The notes: generated from the sequence alone by a model not told the origin. DNA of 64,000 bases from Sphingopyxis sp. (GCA_013911715.1 JACEST010000001.1:12-64011), one strand, 5' to 3'; shown: positions 26,130 through 36,715, numbered from the stretch's first letter. Made by a program: numbers and translations.

Positions 26130-26598
26130 AGGCCATCGCGGTGCCGTTCATGCAATAACGCTTGCCGGTCGGCTTGGGGCCGTCGTCAAAGACATGACCC
26201 AGATGCCCGCCGCAACGCTTGCAATGCACCTCGGTGCGCGGAAAGCCGATGTCATAATCGGTCATTGTGCCGACGGCACCGGCAAGCGGGGCATAAAAGC
26301 TGGGCCAGCCGGTGCCGCTGTCATATTTGGTTTTGCTGTCGAACAGCGGCAATTTGCACCCGGCGCAGGCAAAGCGGCCCTTGCGCTTTTCCTTGTCGAG
26401 CGGGTGGCTGAACGGCCGTTCGGTCCCCGCCTCGCGCAGCACATAAAATTGCCGGGCCGAAAGGCGCTTTTTCCATTCGGCGTCGGACAATTGCCAGCCC
26501 TTTCGCGCGCGTGGGCGCGTGGCCGCGAGCAGGCGCGGGGCGAGGAGAGCGGTGGATGCGGCAAGTAAGACGGCGGAGAAAAGGGTGCGTCGGTTCAT
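26116..26598 (-). CDS. msrB: Peptide-methionine (R)-S-oxide reductase with Tat-like signal
   Basis: GTERPF, CxxC twice, SGTGWPSF, HLGHVFDDGP, RYCMN; N-terminal MNRRTLF. Confidence 0.95.
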   Translation of the reverse strand: MNRRTLFSAVLLAASTALLAPRLLAATRPRARKGWQLSDAEWKKRLSARQFYVLREAGTERPFSHPLDKEKRKGRFACAGCKLPLFDSKTKYDSGTGWPSFYAPLAGAVGTMTDYDIGFPRTEVHCKRCGGHLGHVFDDGPKPTGKRYCMNGTAMAFIPG

Positions 26599-26758
26599 GT
26601 CGGCATATACGGAGCAGACCGGTGTTTGGTTTCACGCGCCGCATCAAATTATCTCATTCGTTGCCGACGGCCGTCGAACGCGCATGAAAAATTACCTCAG
26701 TAGAACCCCATAGGTGACCAACCGGTTCTGGCTAACCTTGCTCGGTTACATTTGCGCA

Positions 26759-27343
26759 ATGGCGTCGGTCGAACCCTTGGGATTTGGTGGACAAACATCC
26801 TGCCTGCGCAGCTATGGGCGGGCAAGGGTGGCGCTGCAAACCAATCTTGAAACGCCGCTGGGCCGGGCTCGCTGCACGGTTATCGACCTTTCGCTCGGCG
26901 GCGCACAGCTGGAAACAGCTGAACCCGTCGATCTTGGCGAATCCTTATGGTTGTGGCTGGGCAAAGCGAAAGTTTTTGGCACGGTCCAGTGGGCGCGCGG
27001 CAACATGATCGGCGTCCAGTTTGAGGAGAAATTGCCCAAGGCGCTGGTGCTTAGCCTGCGCGGTGATCATGTCGATCCCAAGGCGCTGGAGGAAGTCGAA
27101 GCGATGCTGGTTGCACAAAGCTGGGTGATCGGCACCCCGGCGGCGCGTCCCAAGAGCACACGAATTGCCCAGGTTTTGGGCGGGCCGGGCCAGGCAGATG
27201 GTGCCCGACCGGCGCAACTGACGCGCGATTCCCGCCAAGCGGACCCGGCCGGCACGGGTATCGACCGGCGCGTGCTCCTGATTTTCCTGTTTGCAGCGGC
27301 AATTGGCGCGGCGGCCGGAATCGCAAGCTTCATGCTGCGCTAA
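26759..27343 (+). CDS. PilZ domain protein with C-terminal TM helix
   Basis: RSYGR (RxxxR), DLSLGG (DxSxxG), GVQF; hydrophobic C-terminus. Confidence 0.75.
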   Translation: MASVEPLGFGGQTSCLRSYGRARVALQTNLETPLGRARCTVIDLSLGGAQLETAEPVDLGESLWLWLGKAKVFGTVQWARGNMIGVQFEEKLPKALVLSLRGDHVDPKALEEVEAMLVAQSWVIGTPAARPKSTRIAQVLGGPGQADGARPAQLTRDSRQADPAGTGIDRRVLLIFLFAAAIGAAAGIASFMLR

Positions 27344-28596
27344 TAGCGCTCCAGCTCGACCATCATCTTTTTATAGCCATGGACGAAGCTTGCCGGCACG
27401 CGCTGGGGCTCTTCAAGCACATTCACGCGCAAGCGGCGCCTTTGCATTTCGGAAATCAGCGCAGTGAGCTGGAGTTCGGCGACACGTGCACCGACGCAGC
27501 GGTGGATGCCATAGCCGAAGGCAAGGTGGCGGCGGGCGTTGGCGCGGTCGACGATGATGCGGTCGCCATCGGGGAAGACGCTTTCGTCGCGGTTGGCCGA
27601 AGCATACCATAGCACCACCGTGTCGCCCTTGCGGATGAGCTGGCCTTCGACCTCGGCATCCTCGGTCGCGGTGCGCCGCATATGCGCCAGCGGGGTTTGC
27701 CAGCGGATGATTTCGTGCATCGCATTGACGGCGAGTTCGGGGTCGTGATTGGCCTCCAATTTCGCGCGCTCGTCGGGGAATTGCGACAGACCATAAGCAT
27801 AGGCCGACATTGAATTGCGCGTCGTATCATTGCCGCCGACGATCAGCAGGATGAGGTTGCCCATAAATTCCTGTTCGCTCATCTCCTTCATCGCGTCAGA
27901 CTGGAGCATGATCGATATCAGGTCGTGCTGGCCGGGGTTCGCGGCCTTGCGATCCCATAATTGCTTGAACGCCGCGCCCATTTCGAACGCAGTGGCCAGC
28001 CGCGCGTGGCGTTGTTCGAGCGTATCGCCGTTTTCGATATCGCCGAGCACGTCGGACCAATGGGTCAGCTTGTGGCGCTCTTCCCATGGAAAATCGAACA
28101 ATATCGCCAGCATTTGTGTGGTCAGCTCGATCGACAGATGCTGCACCCAATCGAACGGCTCGCCGATCGGCAGACTGTCGATGACCGCGCTGGTGCGCGC
28201 CAACGTGTCGGCGCGCAGCCGCTCGGTCTCGCTGGGGCCAAAGGCGGGGGCGACGGTGCGGCGCTGCGCGCTGTGCTGCGGCGGGTCCATTGCAATGAAC
28301 ATCGGCATCGGAATCGCGCCCTCGGGCAGTTTTTCCACTGCATCGCCCGCGATCACGATGCCGCCATATTCCCACGAGGACGAGAAAATCTTGGGCAGCG
28401 CCTCGATATGCTGGATGGGTTTATAGGTGCTGATCGACCAATAGGGGCCAAATTTGGATTCGGGGCAATAATGCACCGGGGCCTCGGCGCGCATCTGGCG
28501 GAAAATCGGCTGCCAACGGTCCTCGGCCCACAGTTCGGCGCGCGAGACGTCGAAGGGGTGCGGCGTTTCGGGGATGACGCGATATTGGGTGGCCAT
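27340..28596 (-). CDS. Cytochrome P450, CYP153-like
   Basis: MFIAMDPP, LLIVGGNDTTRN, EIIRWQTP, HLAFGYGIHRC. Confidence 0.9.
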   Translation of the reverse strand: MATQYRVIPETPHPFDVSRAELWAEDRWQPIFRQMRAEAPVHYCPESKFGPYWSISTYKPIQHIEALPKIFSSSWEYGGIVIAGDAVEKLPEGAIPMPMFIAMDPPQHSAQRRTVAPAFGPSETERLRADTLARTSAVIDSLPIGEPFDWVQHLSIELTTQMLAILFDFPWEERHKLTHWSDVLGDIENGDTLEQRHARLATAFEMGAAFKQLWDRKAANPGQHDLISIMLQSDAMKEMSEQEFMGNLILLIVGGNDTTRNSMSAYAYGLSQFPDERAKLEANHDPELAVNAMHEIIRWQTPLAHMRRTATEDAEVEGQLIRKGDTVVLWYASANRDESVFPDGDRIIVDRANARRHLAFGYGIHRCVGARVAELQLTALISEMQRRRLRVNVLEEPQRVPASFVHGYKKMMVELERY

Positions 28597-28654
28597 GGGG
28601 GAGTTCCTCGCACTTGTCCGGCGCGGCGCGGACAATCACTTGCAGAATGCCACT

Positions 28655-28672
28655 ATTGACAAATATGTCAAT
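28655..28672. promoter_or_regulatory. Palindromic operator overlapping P450 promoter
   Basis: ATTGACA-AATA-TGTCAAT; minus-strand TTGACA-N16-CATTCT points to the P450. Confidence 0.55.
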
Positions 28673-29930
28673 GACGCCGCGCGCGCTTCCAGAAGGCCCA
28701 GCTTGATCGCCCGCTAAGCACGCCGCTGCGGAACAGCCGCGCGGCGAGCCAGACCACGAGCGTCAGCCATAATGCCTGCCAGCCCAGCGCGGCGAAATGG
28801 ATCGTCCGGTCGGGGTCGGTCGCGGCGCGCGCCGCCATCGCAAAGGGCGATGAAAAAGGGAAGGCCTCTGCCCAGCGCGCCAGCGCGCTGCCCGGCGTGC
28901 TCGACGCCGCCGAGGCGAGGCCGAACATCCCGACCTGAAAAATGGTGATCGGGAGCGACAGCATTTGAATCTCGCGCACGGTGCCTGCTTGCGATCCGAC
29001 GCCAAGGAAAATGGCCCCCAGCAACAGGAAGGCCATGACGAAATAGGCAAAGCCGACGGCGAGGAAAAAGCCCCAGCCGGTGGCGGGCGCGAATTGCAGC
29101 AGCAATGCGGCGGCCTGCGCGTCGGAAACGGCGTTGCCGGTGCTGGCCCCCGTCATAGTTCCAGCGGCAACGAGGGTAGCGGCCGCGCCAAGGCCGACCC
29201 AAAAGGAGATGAAAAGCAGCGCAACGCCCAGGAAGCCGAGCAGTTTGCCGACAAACACGGCCTCCAATGGCGCGGCGGCGGCGAGAATTTCGATGACCTT
29301 GTTGCTCTTTTCCTCGGCAAGGCTGCTCACCGTCTGGCCTGCAAGCAGCAACGTCAGGAAAAAGAGCACGAATACCGCGCCAAAGCCCAAAGTCTGGCGC
29401 AGCGCGTTGCTCGGCGCGCGGCTGGCGATCTGGCGAAATTGCGGGACGGGCCGCAGCGCATTGGCTCCAGCATCCTGCGCCTGGCGCGCCTGATCGGCGA
29501 GCAGCGCGAGATAGCGGCCGGGCAGCGCATCGGCTTCGCGTTCCCAGATGCGCGGGGTGCCGAGCGGCCCCGCCATCACCGCAAGCGTATCGCTGCCGCG
29601 TTCGGCAAAAATAGCGCGGATCGCGGCGTCATCGGGGGTCGTGGCGGCAGGGCGCAGCTCGAGCGTCGGCGCGGCAAAGCGCCCCGTCGCCGTGCGCAGC
29701 CGCGCGTCGGCGCCGCGCAAATCGTCAAGCAGTGCGGGTTCGGCGAGCACGACAATGCGCCCCGTGTCGCGGTTCGATTCGGCGAGGCCCGCCGCACCGG
29801 CGCCGCCGACCAGGCCCATCGCCAGCATGAATAGTGGCGCGAGCAGGAACAGCAGGAAAGTCGGCGTCGCGACAATCGACAGGAAATCGCGCCGCGCGAT
29901 TACGCCCACAATACGCAGAAAGGCCCTCAT
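28668..29930 (-). CDS. ABC-2 type permease (NatB-like)
   Basis: EEKSNKVIEIL, GKLLG, PFSSPF; multiple TM. Confidence 0.88.
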   Translation of the reverse strand: MRAFLRIVGVIARRDFLSIVATPTFLLFLLAPLFMLAMGLVGGAGAAGLAESNRDTGRIVVLAEPALLDDLRGADARLRTATGRFAAPTLELRPAATTPDDAAIRAIFAERGSDTLAVMAGPLGTPRIWEREADALPGRYLALLADQARQAQDAGANALRPVPQFRQIASRAPSNALRQTLGFGAVFVLFFLTLLLAGQTVSSLAEEKSNKVIEILAAAAPLEAVFVGKLLGFLGVALLFISFWVGLGAAATLVAAGTMTGASTGNAVSDAQAAALLLQFAPATGWGFFLAVGFAYFVMAFLLLGAIFLGVGSQAGTVREIQMLSLPITIFQVGMFGLASAASSTPGSALARWAEAFPFSSPFAMAARAATDPDRTIHFAALGWQALWLTLVVWLAARLFRSGVLSGRSSWAFWKRARRH

Positions 29931-30883
29931 TGCGCGGCCTCCGTTGCCATATCGTCGCTTTCTTCGTCGACATAATCGGGCTCGCACTGGCGCACGATAT
30001 GGACAAAGGCGTCGTGCAGCGCGGGCCGCGCGATGGCGAGCCCGGCGACGCCCAGGCCGCTGCCGGTCAGCCGCACGAGCAGCGGTTCGACGGCATCGGC
30101 CTCGATGGCAAAGCGCCACTGGTCGTGGACCGGCTCGGCCCCCGGCGGCAACAGCGCGGCGACCGCAGCGGGGTCGGCCCCGGCGCGCGGGGTATAGCGC
30201 ACCTGCATCGGCAGCAGCGCGCGGGCATCATCGACCGTGCCTTCGAAACGCCGCTCCGACCGCGCGATGATGGCGAGACGGTCGCACAAGCGCTCGGCGT
30301 GCGCCATGACATGGGTGGAAAAGAGCACCGTCGCGCCGCGCGCGCGTTCGCGGTGGACCAGCGCTTCCAATCGTTCCTGATTGACAGGGTCAAGCCCCGA
30401 GAAAGGCTCGTCGAGCACGATCAGTTCGGGCTGGTGCACAATCGCCCCGATCAGCTGGACCATCTGCGCCATGCCTTTGGATAATTTGCGGATTTTCAGG
30501 TCAATGGCGCGGGCGAGGCCCAATTCCTCCATCATCGCCGCGCCGCGCCGCCGCCCTTCGGCCCAGTCAAGGCCGCGCAGCGCGCCCATGAAGGCAATCG
30601 CCTCGGTTGTCTTCATGCCGGGATAGAGTCCGCGTTCTTCGGGGAGATAGCCGATGCGCGCGCGCACCGACGAAGGACGCGAACTGCCCAGCAGGCTGCG
30701 GGTGCCGCCATCGGGGTCGATGATGCCGAGCAGCATGCGCAGCGTGGTGGTCTTGCCCGCGCCATTGGGGCCGAGCACGCCATAAATGCTGCCGCGGGCA
30801 ACGCGTAGCGATACAGCGTTCACGGCGGTATGATCGCCATAAAATTTGGTAAGGCTGGTCGCCTCGACAACGATATCAGACAA
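29927..30883 (-). CDS. ABC transporter ATP-binding protein (NatA-like)
   Basis: GPNGAGKTT, GYLPEERGLY, LSKGM, LDEPFSGLDP. Confidence 0.93.
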   Translation of the reverse strand: MSDIVVEATSLTKFYGDHTAVNAVSLRVARGSIYGVLGPNGAGKTTTLRMLLGIIDPDGGTRSLLGSSRPSSVRARIGYLPEERGLYPGMKTTEAIAFMGALRGLDWAEGRRRGAAMMEELGLARAIDLKIRKLSKGMAQMVQLIGAIVHQPELIVLDEPFSGLDPVNQERLEALVHRERARGATVLFSTHVMAHAERLCDRLAIIARSERRFEGTVDDARALLPMQVRYTPRAGADPAAVAALLPPGAEPVHDQWRFAIEADAVEPLLVRLTGSGLGVAGLAIARPALHDAFVHIVRQCEPDYVDEESDDMATEAAQ

Positions 30884-30923
30884 ACTGCTTCCTTCGCCCC
30901 GTGCAATTATGCAACGTCCCTTA

Positions 30924-31007
30924 ACCGTTCATGTCGAGCGAAGTCGAGACAAGGCGCGGCACAGTGCCATGCCGATGGGTGTCTCGACTTCGCTCGACAC
31001 GAGCGGT
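30924..31007. repeat. Intergenic palindromic repeat family A
   Basis: CCGTTCATGTCGAGCGAAGTCGAGAC ... GTCTCGACTTCGCTCGACACGAGCGG. Confidence 0.85.
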
Positions 31008-31037
31008 CCGATTGGGTCTTGCACCTAAATTGCAGGA

Positions 31038-32120
31038 ATGACAGCGAAGTTAATGACCTCTCCACCAACTGCCCCTGAAAATGTGGCCACGCTGCTCGAA
31101 CATGTGGCGCGTGCGCAAGGCTTTGCCGCCTTTGGCATTGCGCGCGCCGATGCAGCCCCGCGAACGCGCGAACGGCTGCGCCGCTGGCTCGATGCGGGGT
31201 GCCATGGCGATATGCTGTGGATGGAGGCGCGCGCCGACGAACGCGGCAGCCCGGCGGGATTATGGCCTGACGTGCGCTCGGTGATCATGCTGGGGATGAG
31301 CTATGTCCCCGCTGCCGACCCGCTGGCGCTGGCGCACCAGTCCTTGCGCGGCCGGATTTCGGTTTATGCGCAAGGGGGCGACTATCATGACGTGATCAAA
31401 CGCGCGCTCAAGGCGGTCGCGCGCGAGCTGGTGGCGCTGGTGCCAGATTCCGCAGTGAAATTGTTCGTCGATACTGCGCCGGTAATGGAAAAACCGCTCG
31501 CCGAAGCCGCCGGGCTGGGGTGGCAGGGCAAACACACCAACCTCGTCAGCCGCGACCATGGCAGTTGGCTGTTTCTGGGGGCGATTTACACCACGCTCGA
31601 GCTGTCGCCGTCGCTGGCAGGGCGCGATCGCTGCGGCTCGTGCACCGCGTGCCAGGCGGCGTGCCCGACCGATGCCTTTCCCGCGCCGTACCAGCTCGAT
31701 GCGCGGCGCTGCATTTCCTATCTCACCATCGAGCATAAGGGGGAGATTCCGCTGGAATTGCGTGCTGGCATCGGCAACCGCGTCTATGGCTGCGATGATT
31801 GCCTCGCGGTGTGCCCGTGGAACAAATTTGCCGACACGGCGGCGCGCCACCGCGCCTTTTTGCCGCGCGCCGAACTGGCCGCACCATCACTGGGTGACTT
31901 GCTCGCGCTCGACGATGCGGGGTTCCGCCAGGTTTTTGCTGGCTCGCCGATCAAGCGCATCGGACGCGCACGGATGGTGCGCAATGCCGCGATTGCGGCA
32001 GGGAATAGCGGCAATGCGGGGTTTTCGGGGCAGCTCTGCTCGTTGGCACATGACGAGGATGCGGCGGTAGCTGAGGCGGCCACGTGGGCCTTGGCCCGTA
32101 TTAAGGAAGCCCAATCCTAA
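31038..32120 (+). CDS. queG: Epoxyqueuosine reductase
   Basis: [42 protein letters not shown]. Confidence 0.95.
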   Translation: MTAKLMTSPPTAPENVATLLEHVARAQGFAAFGIARADAAPRTRERLRRWLDAGCHGDMLWMEARADERGSPAGLWPDVRSVIMLGMSYVPAADPLALAHQSLRGRISVYAQGGDYHDVIKRALKAVARELVALVPDSAVKLFVDTAPVMEKPLAEAAGLGWQGKHTNLVSRDHGSWLFLGAIYTTLELSPSLAGRDRCGSCTACQAACPTDAFPAPYQLDARRCISYLTIEHKGEIPLELRAGIGNRVYGCDDCLAVCPWNKFADTAARHRAFLPRAELAAPSLGDLLALDDAGFRQVFAGSPIKRIGRARMVRNAAIAAGNSGNAGFSGQLCSLAHDEDAAVAEAATWALARIKEAQS

Positions 32121-32123
32121 CCC

Positions 32124-32218
32124 TACCCCGTCCGTCCTGAGCTTGTCGAAGGACCGTTCTTTCTTTCGATATTGCCAAGAAAGGACCGTTCTTCGACAAG
32201 CTCTGGACAGACGGGGTA
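32124..32218. repeat. Intergenic palindromic repeat family B
   Basis: CCGTCCGTCCTGAGCTTGTCGAAG ... CTTCGACAAGCTCTGGACAGACGG between convergent genes. Confidence 0.85.
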
Positions 32219-32893
32219 TTAAAAGTCGGCTGGTTTCGTTTGCCGCCCGTGCAGCATATGCACCGCCATCGCCGCGCCCAGCACCGGGGCGAGCAGATTG
32301 ACCACGGGGACCATGAACAGCGCCGAAGCGGCAAGCCCCAGCAGATTGCGGTCGCGCGCGGACAGGGCGGCCATGCCAGGATGCCGCGCGAGTACCATCG
32401 CCTCGAGATCGCGGCCAAGCACCAGCATATTGACCAGCAACACCAGCACCAAGGTGCCGACCCCCGTCACCAGCAGCAGCAGGTAAAAGGGCGCCGCGAC
32501 CAGATTCCACCCGATCGCGCGCCGCGCCGAGCGCAGGCCCATCGCCGCGCCGCGCGCGAAGCTGACCGGCGTCGCGCGCGCGGCGGCGGCGGGATAATGA
32601 TCCTCTTCGACGCTTTCGATGATACCGTCGGTGAACAGTCCCATCACCGCCATCGCGACGGCACGGAACAGGAACCAGCCGAGCAGGATGGTGAGACCGA
32701 TGGCGACCAGCGCGGCAATTTCGCCCGCATCGGCAAACCAGCGCGGCATCACCCACTGATCGAGCATGATCCAAAGCCCTGCGCCAAGCAGCACAAAGAC
32801 CAGCAGCGACAGCGCCGCCACCGCCGCCATCAGCCGAAAAGTGCGCGCGTCATTGAGCTGGCGCAGCGACAGGGTGAAAGCACGCACGACCAT
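32219..32893 (-). CDS. EI24/CysZ-like membrane protein
   Basis: F.D.I...VE..HYP, VPVVNLLAPV motifs. Confidence 0.8.
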   Translation of the reverse strand: MVVRAFTLSLRQLNDARTFRLMAAVAALSLLVFVLLGAGLWIMLDQWVMPRWFADAGEIAALVAIGLTILLGWFLFRAVAMAVMGLFTDGIIESVEEDHYPAAAARATPVSFARGAAMGLRSARRAIGWNLVAAPFYLLLLVTGVGTLVLVLLVNMLVLGRDLEAMVLARHPGMAALSARDRNLLGLAASALFMVPVVNLLAPVLGAAMAVHMLHGRQTKPADF

Positions 32894-32975
32894 CGGGGTG
32901 ATGTGCCACGGCGGGCCGCGCTGATGCAACCGGCTTGCGCGAACCGCTGCCGGACCTTAGGGCCTCCCCCAACTT

Positions 32976-33057
32976 CCGTTCGTGTCGAGCAAAGTCGAGA
33001 CACCCTGCAGCATGGAGCCGTGCCGATGGGCCTCTCGACTGCGCTCGAGGCGAACGG
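32976..33057. repeat. Intergenic palindromic repeat family A
   Basis: CCGTTCGTGTCGAGCAAAGTCGAGA ... TCTCGACTGCGCTCGAGGCGAACGG. Confidence 0.85.
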
Positions 33058-33090
33058 GGAAGATTCTCCTAACCGAAGGCCCAGCCCATT

Positions 33091-34089
33091 ATGACCACCT
33101 CCGCCCGCCTCGACGTTGTCGCCATCGGCAACGCCATTGTCGATGTGATCGCCCGTGCCGACGACGCGCTGATCGTCGCCGAAGGGCTGACCAAGGGATC
33201 GATGCGGCTGATCGACGCACCCGAGGCCGAGCGGCTCTATGCGGCGATGGGCCCGGCGGTCGAAGTGTCGGGCGGGTCGGCGGCAAACACGCTCGCGGGC
33301 ATGGCCGCGCTGGGGCATCAATGCGGTTTCATTGGCCAGGTCGCCAATGACCAGTTGGGCGCGGTGTTCACCCACGATCTGACCGCGACGGGGGTGGAAT
33401 ATACGACGCCGCCGCTCAGCGAAGGTGCACCGACCGCGCGATGCCTGATCCTGGTCACCCCTGACGGCCAGCGCACGATGAACACTTTTCTGGGCGCAAG
33501 CCATTTGCTCGAACAGAAAATGATCGACGAGGGAATGATCGCCGACGCCGCTATCCTCTATCTCGAAGGCTATCTTTGGGATCCCGAACTGTCGCGCGCC
33601 GCGATGCGCCGCGCCATCGATGTCGCGCGCGCCAATGGCCGCAAGGTCGCCTTCACCCTGTCCGACGCCTTCATCATCGACCGCCACGGCGATGATTTCC
33701 GCAAGCTGCTCGCCGAAGGGCTGTTCGACATTCTCTTTGCCAACGAAAGCGAGATTGGCGCGCTGGCGCGCACCGACGATTTCGAAACCGCGGTCGCCGC
33801 CATTGCTCCGCTGGTCCCGCTGCTCGTGGTGACGCGCGGCGAACATGGCGCGATTGCGGTGGCAGACGGCGTGCGCACCACCGTCGATGCCGAGCCCGTG
33901 CATGCGGTGGTGGACACAACAGGCGCGGGCGACCTGTTCGCGGCGGGCTTCCTGTCGGGGCTGGCTCGCGGGGAAAGCATGGAAGGCTGCCTGATCAGCG
34001 GTGCGGTGTGTGCAGGCGTGATCATTGCGCAGATCGGCCCGCGCGCGCAGAGCGATTTGCAGGCGGCGGTTGCGCAGCGGCTGGGGTAA
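33091..34089 (+). CDS. PfkB family kinase (adenosine kinase-like)
   Basis: GNAIVD, GGSAANT, RTMNTFLGA, DTTGAGD. Confidence 0.9.
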   Translation: MTTSARLDVVAIGNAIVDVIARADDALIVAEGLTKGSMRLIDAPEAERLYAAMGPAVEVSGGSAANTLAGMAALGHQCGFIGQVANDQLGAVFTHDLTATGVEYTTPPLSEGAPTARCLILVTPDGQRTMNTFLGASHLLEQKMIDEGMIADAAILYLEGYLWDPELSRAAMRRAIDVARANGRKVAFTLSDAFIIDRHGDDFRKLLAEGLFDILFANESEIGALARTDDFETAVAAIAPLVPLLVVTRGEHGAIAVADGVRTTVDAEPVHAVVDTTGAGDLFAAGFLSGLARGESMEGCLISGAVCAGVIIAQIGPRAQSDLQAAVAQRLG

Positions 34090-34160
34090 TCAGGGACAGT
34101 CCCCGACAAGCCTCGCTAACGGCGTCGACGGCTGGTTATTGGGAACTGTCCCTGATTACC
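34085..34160. repeat. Long inverted repeat between convergent genes
   Basis: GGTAATCAGGGACAGTCCCC ... GGGAACTGTCCCTGATTACC (20 bp arms, 1 mismatch). Confidence 0.8.
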
Positions 34161-34179
34161 GGCGAATGGATTGGGAAGC

Positions 34180-34806
34180 TTAACCCAGCCCAAAGCTCGC
34201 GCGCAGGCCGTCGATCACAAATTGCGCGGCGAGCGCGGCGAGCAGTACGCCGAGCAGCCGGGTGATAACCGCCTCGGTCTTTTCGCCCAGCACGCGCATC
34301 AGCGGTCCCGCTGCGATCAGCGCGGCCAGCGTCACTGCCAGCACTGCGCCGAGCGCGCCGAGGATCACCAGCGCGCGGTCGATCCCGTCATTTTGCGACA
34401 CCAGCAACATGATCGAGGCGATCGAGCCTGGTCCTGCAATCATCGGCATCGCCATCGGGAAAATCGACACATCCTCGGTCTCGGGCGTGTCGATGATTTT
34501 TTGCGCGCGCTCCTCGCGCCGCTGGGTGCGCTTTTCGAAGACCATGTCGATGGCGATGACGAAAAGCATGATCCCGCCGGCGATGCGGAAACTGTCGAGC
34601 TCGATGTGCAGCGCGCCCAGCAATTGCTCGCCAAACAGCGCGAAGACGATCAGGATGAGGCCAGCGACCACCACGGCGCGAATGGCCATGCCCCGCCGCT
34701 GCGCCGCACTCGCGCCGTGGGTCAGGCTGGCATAGATCGGCGCGCAGCCGGGCGGATCGATAACCACGAACAGCGTGATAAAAGCCGAGAAGAACAGGTC
34801 GAGCAT
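34180..34806 (-). CDS. MarC family membrane protein
   Basis: LFVVIDP, FRIAGG, PMAMPMIAGPG, TRLLG. Confidence 0.92.
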   Translation of the reverse strand: MLDLFFSAFITLFVVIDPPGCAPIYASLTHGASAAQRRGMAIRAVVVAGLILIVFALFGEQLLGALHIELDSFRIAGGIMLFVIAIDMVFEKRTQRREERAQKIIDTPETEDVSIFPMAMPMIAGPGSIASIMLLVSQNDGIDRALVILGALGAVLAVTLAALIAAGPLMRVLGEKTEAVITRLLGVLLAALAAQFVIDGLRASFGLG

Positions 34807-34810
34807 GGGC

Positions 34811-35497
34811 TTATTGGCTCCGCGCTTGTGCTGCCGTGACGTCATCGTCGATGACCGGTTGCATCGCGCTGCCGTCCCACATGCGGACCGTAATCCGCCG
34901 CGATCCGTCGCGCCGTACCTGGCTGCGCCAGCTGAGGCTCTGGTCCGCCGCGAGGCCGATCGCCAGATCATCGCCCTCAGCCCCGGTTTCGATGCCGACG
35001 GAGGGGCGCGATCCGCATACCGCCTGCCGCCCCTCGATAAATTCAGGCGCTTCGCGTGGGCTCCCGGTCAGCGGCGCGCCATGGTCGAGCACCCATTTGA
35101 AGCTGCCATCACGCTCGCGCAGCCACACGGTGGTGAAAGTGCCATGGCTGCCGCCCGGGCCGTTCCAGGCGCCCGTTGTTGCCCCGGCGCTGCCGTCGCA
35201 ACTGGTGTAAACCGCGTGCGGCGCCCAGCTGATGCCGCTGCCCAAATTGCCGGTTTTCAGCCAGTCGAGCGCGCGCACGCGCTGCGGCTTGAACATCACA
35301 GCATCCTTGTGGGCGGTTTCGCGGAAGGCCGCGATCATGCCCTTGTCCTGTGCCAGCCGGTTGAACGCGATTTCGGCGGCGATGATCGCGCTAGGGTTGG
35401 CGGCGAGCGGCCGGTTGCGCTCGGCGCGGGTTTGCGGGCTGACACAGGCGCTGAGCGTCAGCAGGATGAGTCCGGTTAGTGCAGCGCGGCGCATCAT
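34811..35497 (-). CDS. Hypothetical lipoprotein, NTF2/DUF4440-like
   Basis: Lipobox LSAC; AAE.AF, TVW....DG..KWVLDHG. Confidence 0.65.
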   Translation of the reverse strand: MMRRAALTGLILLTLSACVSPQTRAERNRPLAANPSAIIAAEIAFNRLAQDKGMIAAFRETAHKDAVMFKPQRVRALDWLKTGNLGSGISWAPHAVYTSCDGSAGATTGAWNGPGGSHGTFTTVWLRERDGSFKWVLDHGAPLTGSPREAPEFIEGRQAVCGSRPSVGIETGAEGDDLAIGLAADQSLSWRSQVRRDGSRRITVRMWDGSAMQPVIDDDVTAAQARSQ

Positions 35498-36396
35498 AAT
35501 CCCTCCGGTTCCGTGAGCCCGGCACGGCGGTGCGCGGCGATGAGCGTGTTGCGCAGCAAACAGGCGATGGTCATCGGCCCGACCCCGCCCGGCACCGGGG
35601 TGATCGCCCCGGCAATCGCCGCCACCTCGGCAAAGGCGACATCGCCGACCAGTCGCGTCTTGCCGGGATCGGCGGCGGGCACGCGGTTGATGCCGACGTC
35701 GATCACGGTCGCGCAGGGTTTGACCCAGCTTTGCCGGACCATTTCCGCCCGCCCGACGGCGGCGACGACAATGTCGGCGTGGCGCACGACGGCGGGCAAA
35801 TCCCGTGTCCGGCTGTGCGCGATGGTGACGGTGCAGCTTTCAGCCAGCAGCAACTGCGCCATCGGTTTGCCGACGATGTTGGAGCGGCCGATGATGACGG
35901 CGTCGAGGCCGCTGAGATCGCCGAGCTGGTCCTTGAGCAGCATCAGGCACCCCAGCGGGGTGCACGGCACCAGCGCAGGCAGGCCGACGGCGAGGCGTCC
36001 GGCGTTGACGACATGAAAGCCATCGACGTCTTTGGCGGGGTCAATCCGGTCCAGCACCGCCTTGTCATCGAGATGCGCGGGCAGCGGCAATTGCACCAAT
36101 ATGCCATCGACGGCGGTATCGGCGTTGAGCGTGTCGATCAGCGCCAGCAGTGTGGCGGCGTCGGTATCGGCAGGCAGGCGGTGTTCCCACCCCGCCATGT
36201 CGGCTTCGGCCACGGCCTTGCCCTTTGAGCCGACATAGACCTGGCTCGCCGGATCGTCGCCGACGAGCACGACGGCAAGTCCTGGCGCACGGCCCATTTG
36301 CGCCGTGAATTCGGCTGCGACGGTGGCTATCCGCGCGCGCAGCTTCGTCGCGAAAGCCTTGCCATCGATCAGCACAGCGGGCGGCATCGCGGCCAT
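35494..36396 (-). CDS. folD: Bifunctional methylenetetrahydrofolate dehydrogenase/cyclohydrolase
   Basis: [35 protein letters not shown]. Confidence 0.97.
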   Translation of the reverse strand: MAAMPPAVLIDGKAFATKLRARIATVAAEFTAQMGRAPGLAVVLVGDDPASQVYVGSKGKAVAEADMAGWEHRLPADTDAATLLALIDTLNADTAVDGILVQLPLPAHLDDKAVLDRIDPAKDVDGFHVVNAGRLAVGLPALVPCTPLGCLMLLKDQLGDLSGLDAVIIGRSNIVGKPMAQLLLAESCTVTIAHSRTRDLPAVVRHADIVVAAVGRAEMVRQSWVKPCATVIDVGINRVPAADPGKTRLVGDVAFAEVAAIAGAITPVPGGVGPMTIACLLRNTLIAAHRRAGLTEPEGL

Positions 36397-36403
36397 GGGT
36401 AGG

Positions 36404-36715
36404 CTAACCACCCAGACCTTGCGCGATGCCCTTTAGATACTCCATTACTGGACCTCGTAGAATCCAGAGCAAGATCAGAACGACCATTGGCGTTAAATCT
36501 AGCCCACCAAAATCGGGCATGATGCGACGAAATGGCCTGTAAAGTGGCTCAGTAATCCGGTCGAGCGTGATCCAAATCTGCGCAACGAACTGATTGCTAG
36601 TATTAATTACGTTGAACGCGATTAGCCAGGACATGATCGCCTGGGTGATGATAAACGCAAAAGCGACGTAAAGCAGAATATCAACAATGTTTAGAAGCAT
36701 CAGCAGCACTGGCAA
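36404..36715 (-). CDS. yggT: YggT family membrane protein
   Basis: [31 protein letters not shown]; start may be ATG 36700. Confidence 0.9.
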   Translation of the reverse strand: MPVLLMLLNIVDILLYVAFAFIITQAIMSWLIAFNVINTSNQFVAQIWITLDRITEPLYRPFRRIMPDFGGLDLTPMVVLILLWILRGPVMEYLKGIAQGLGG

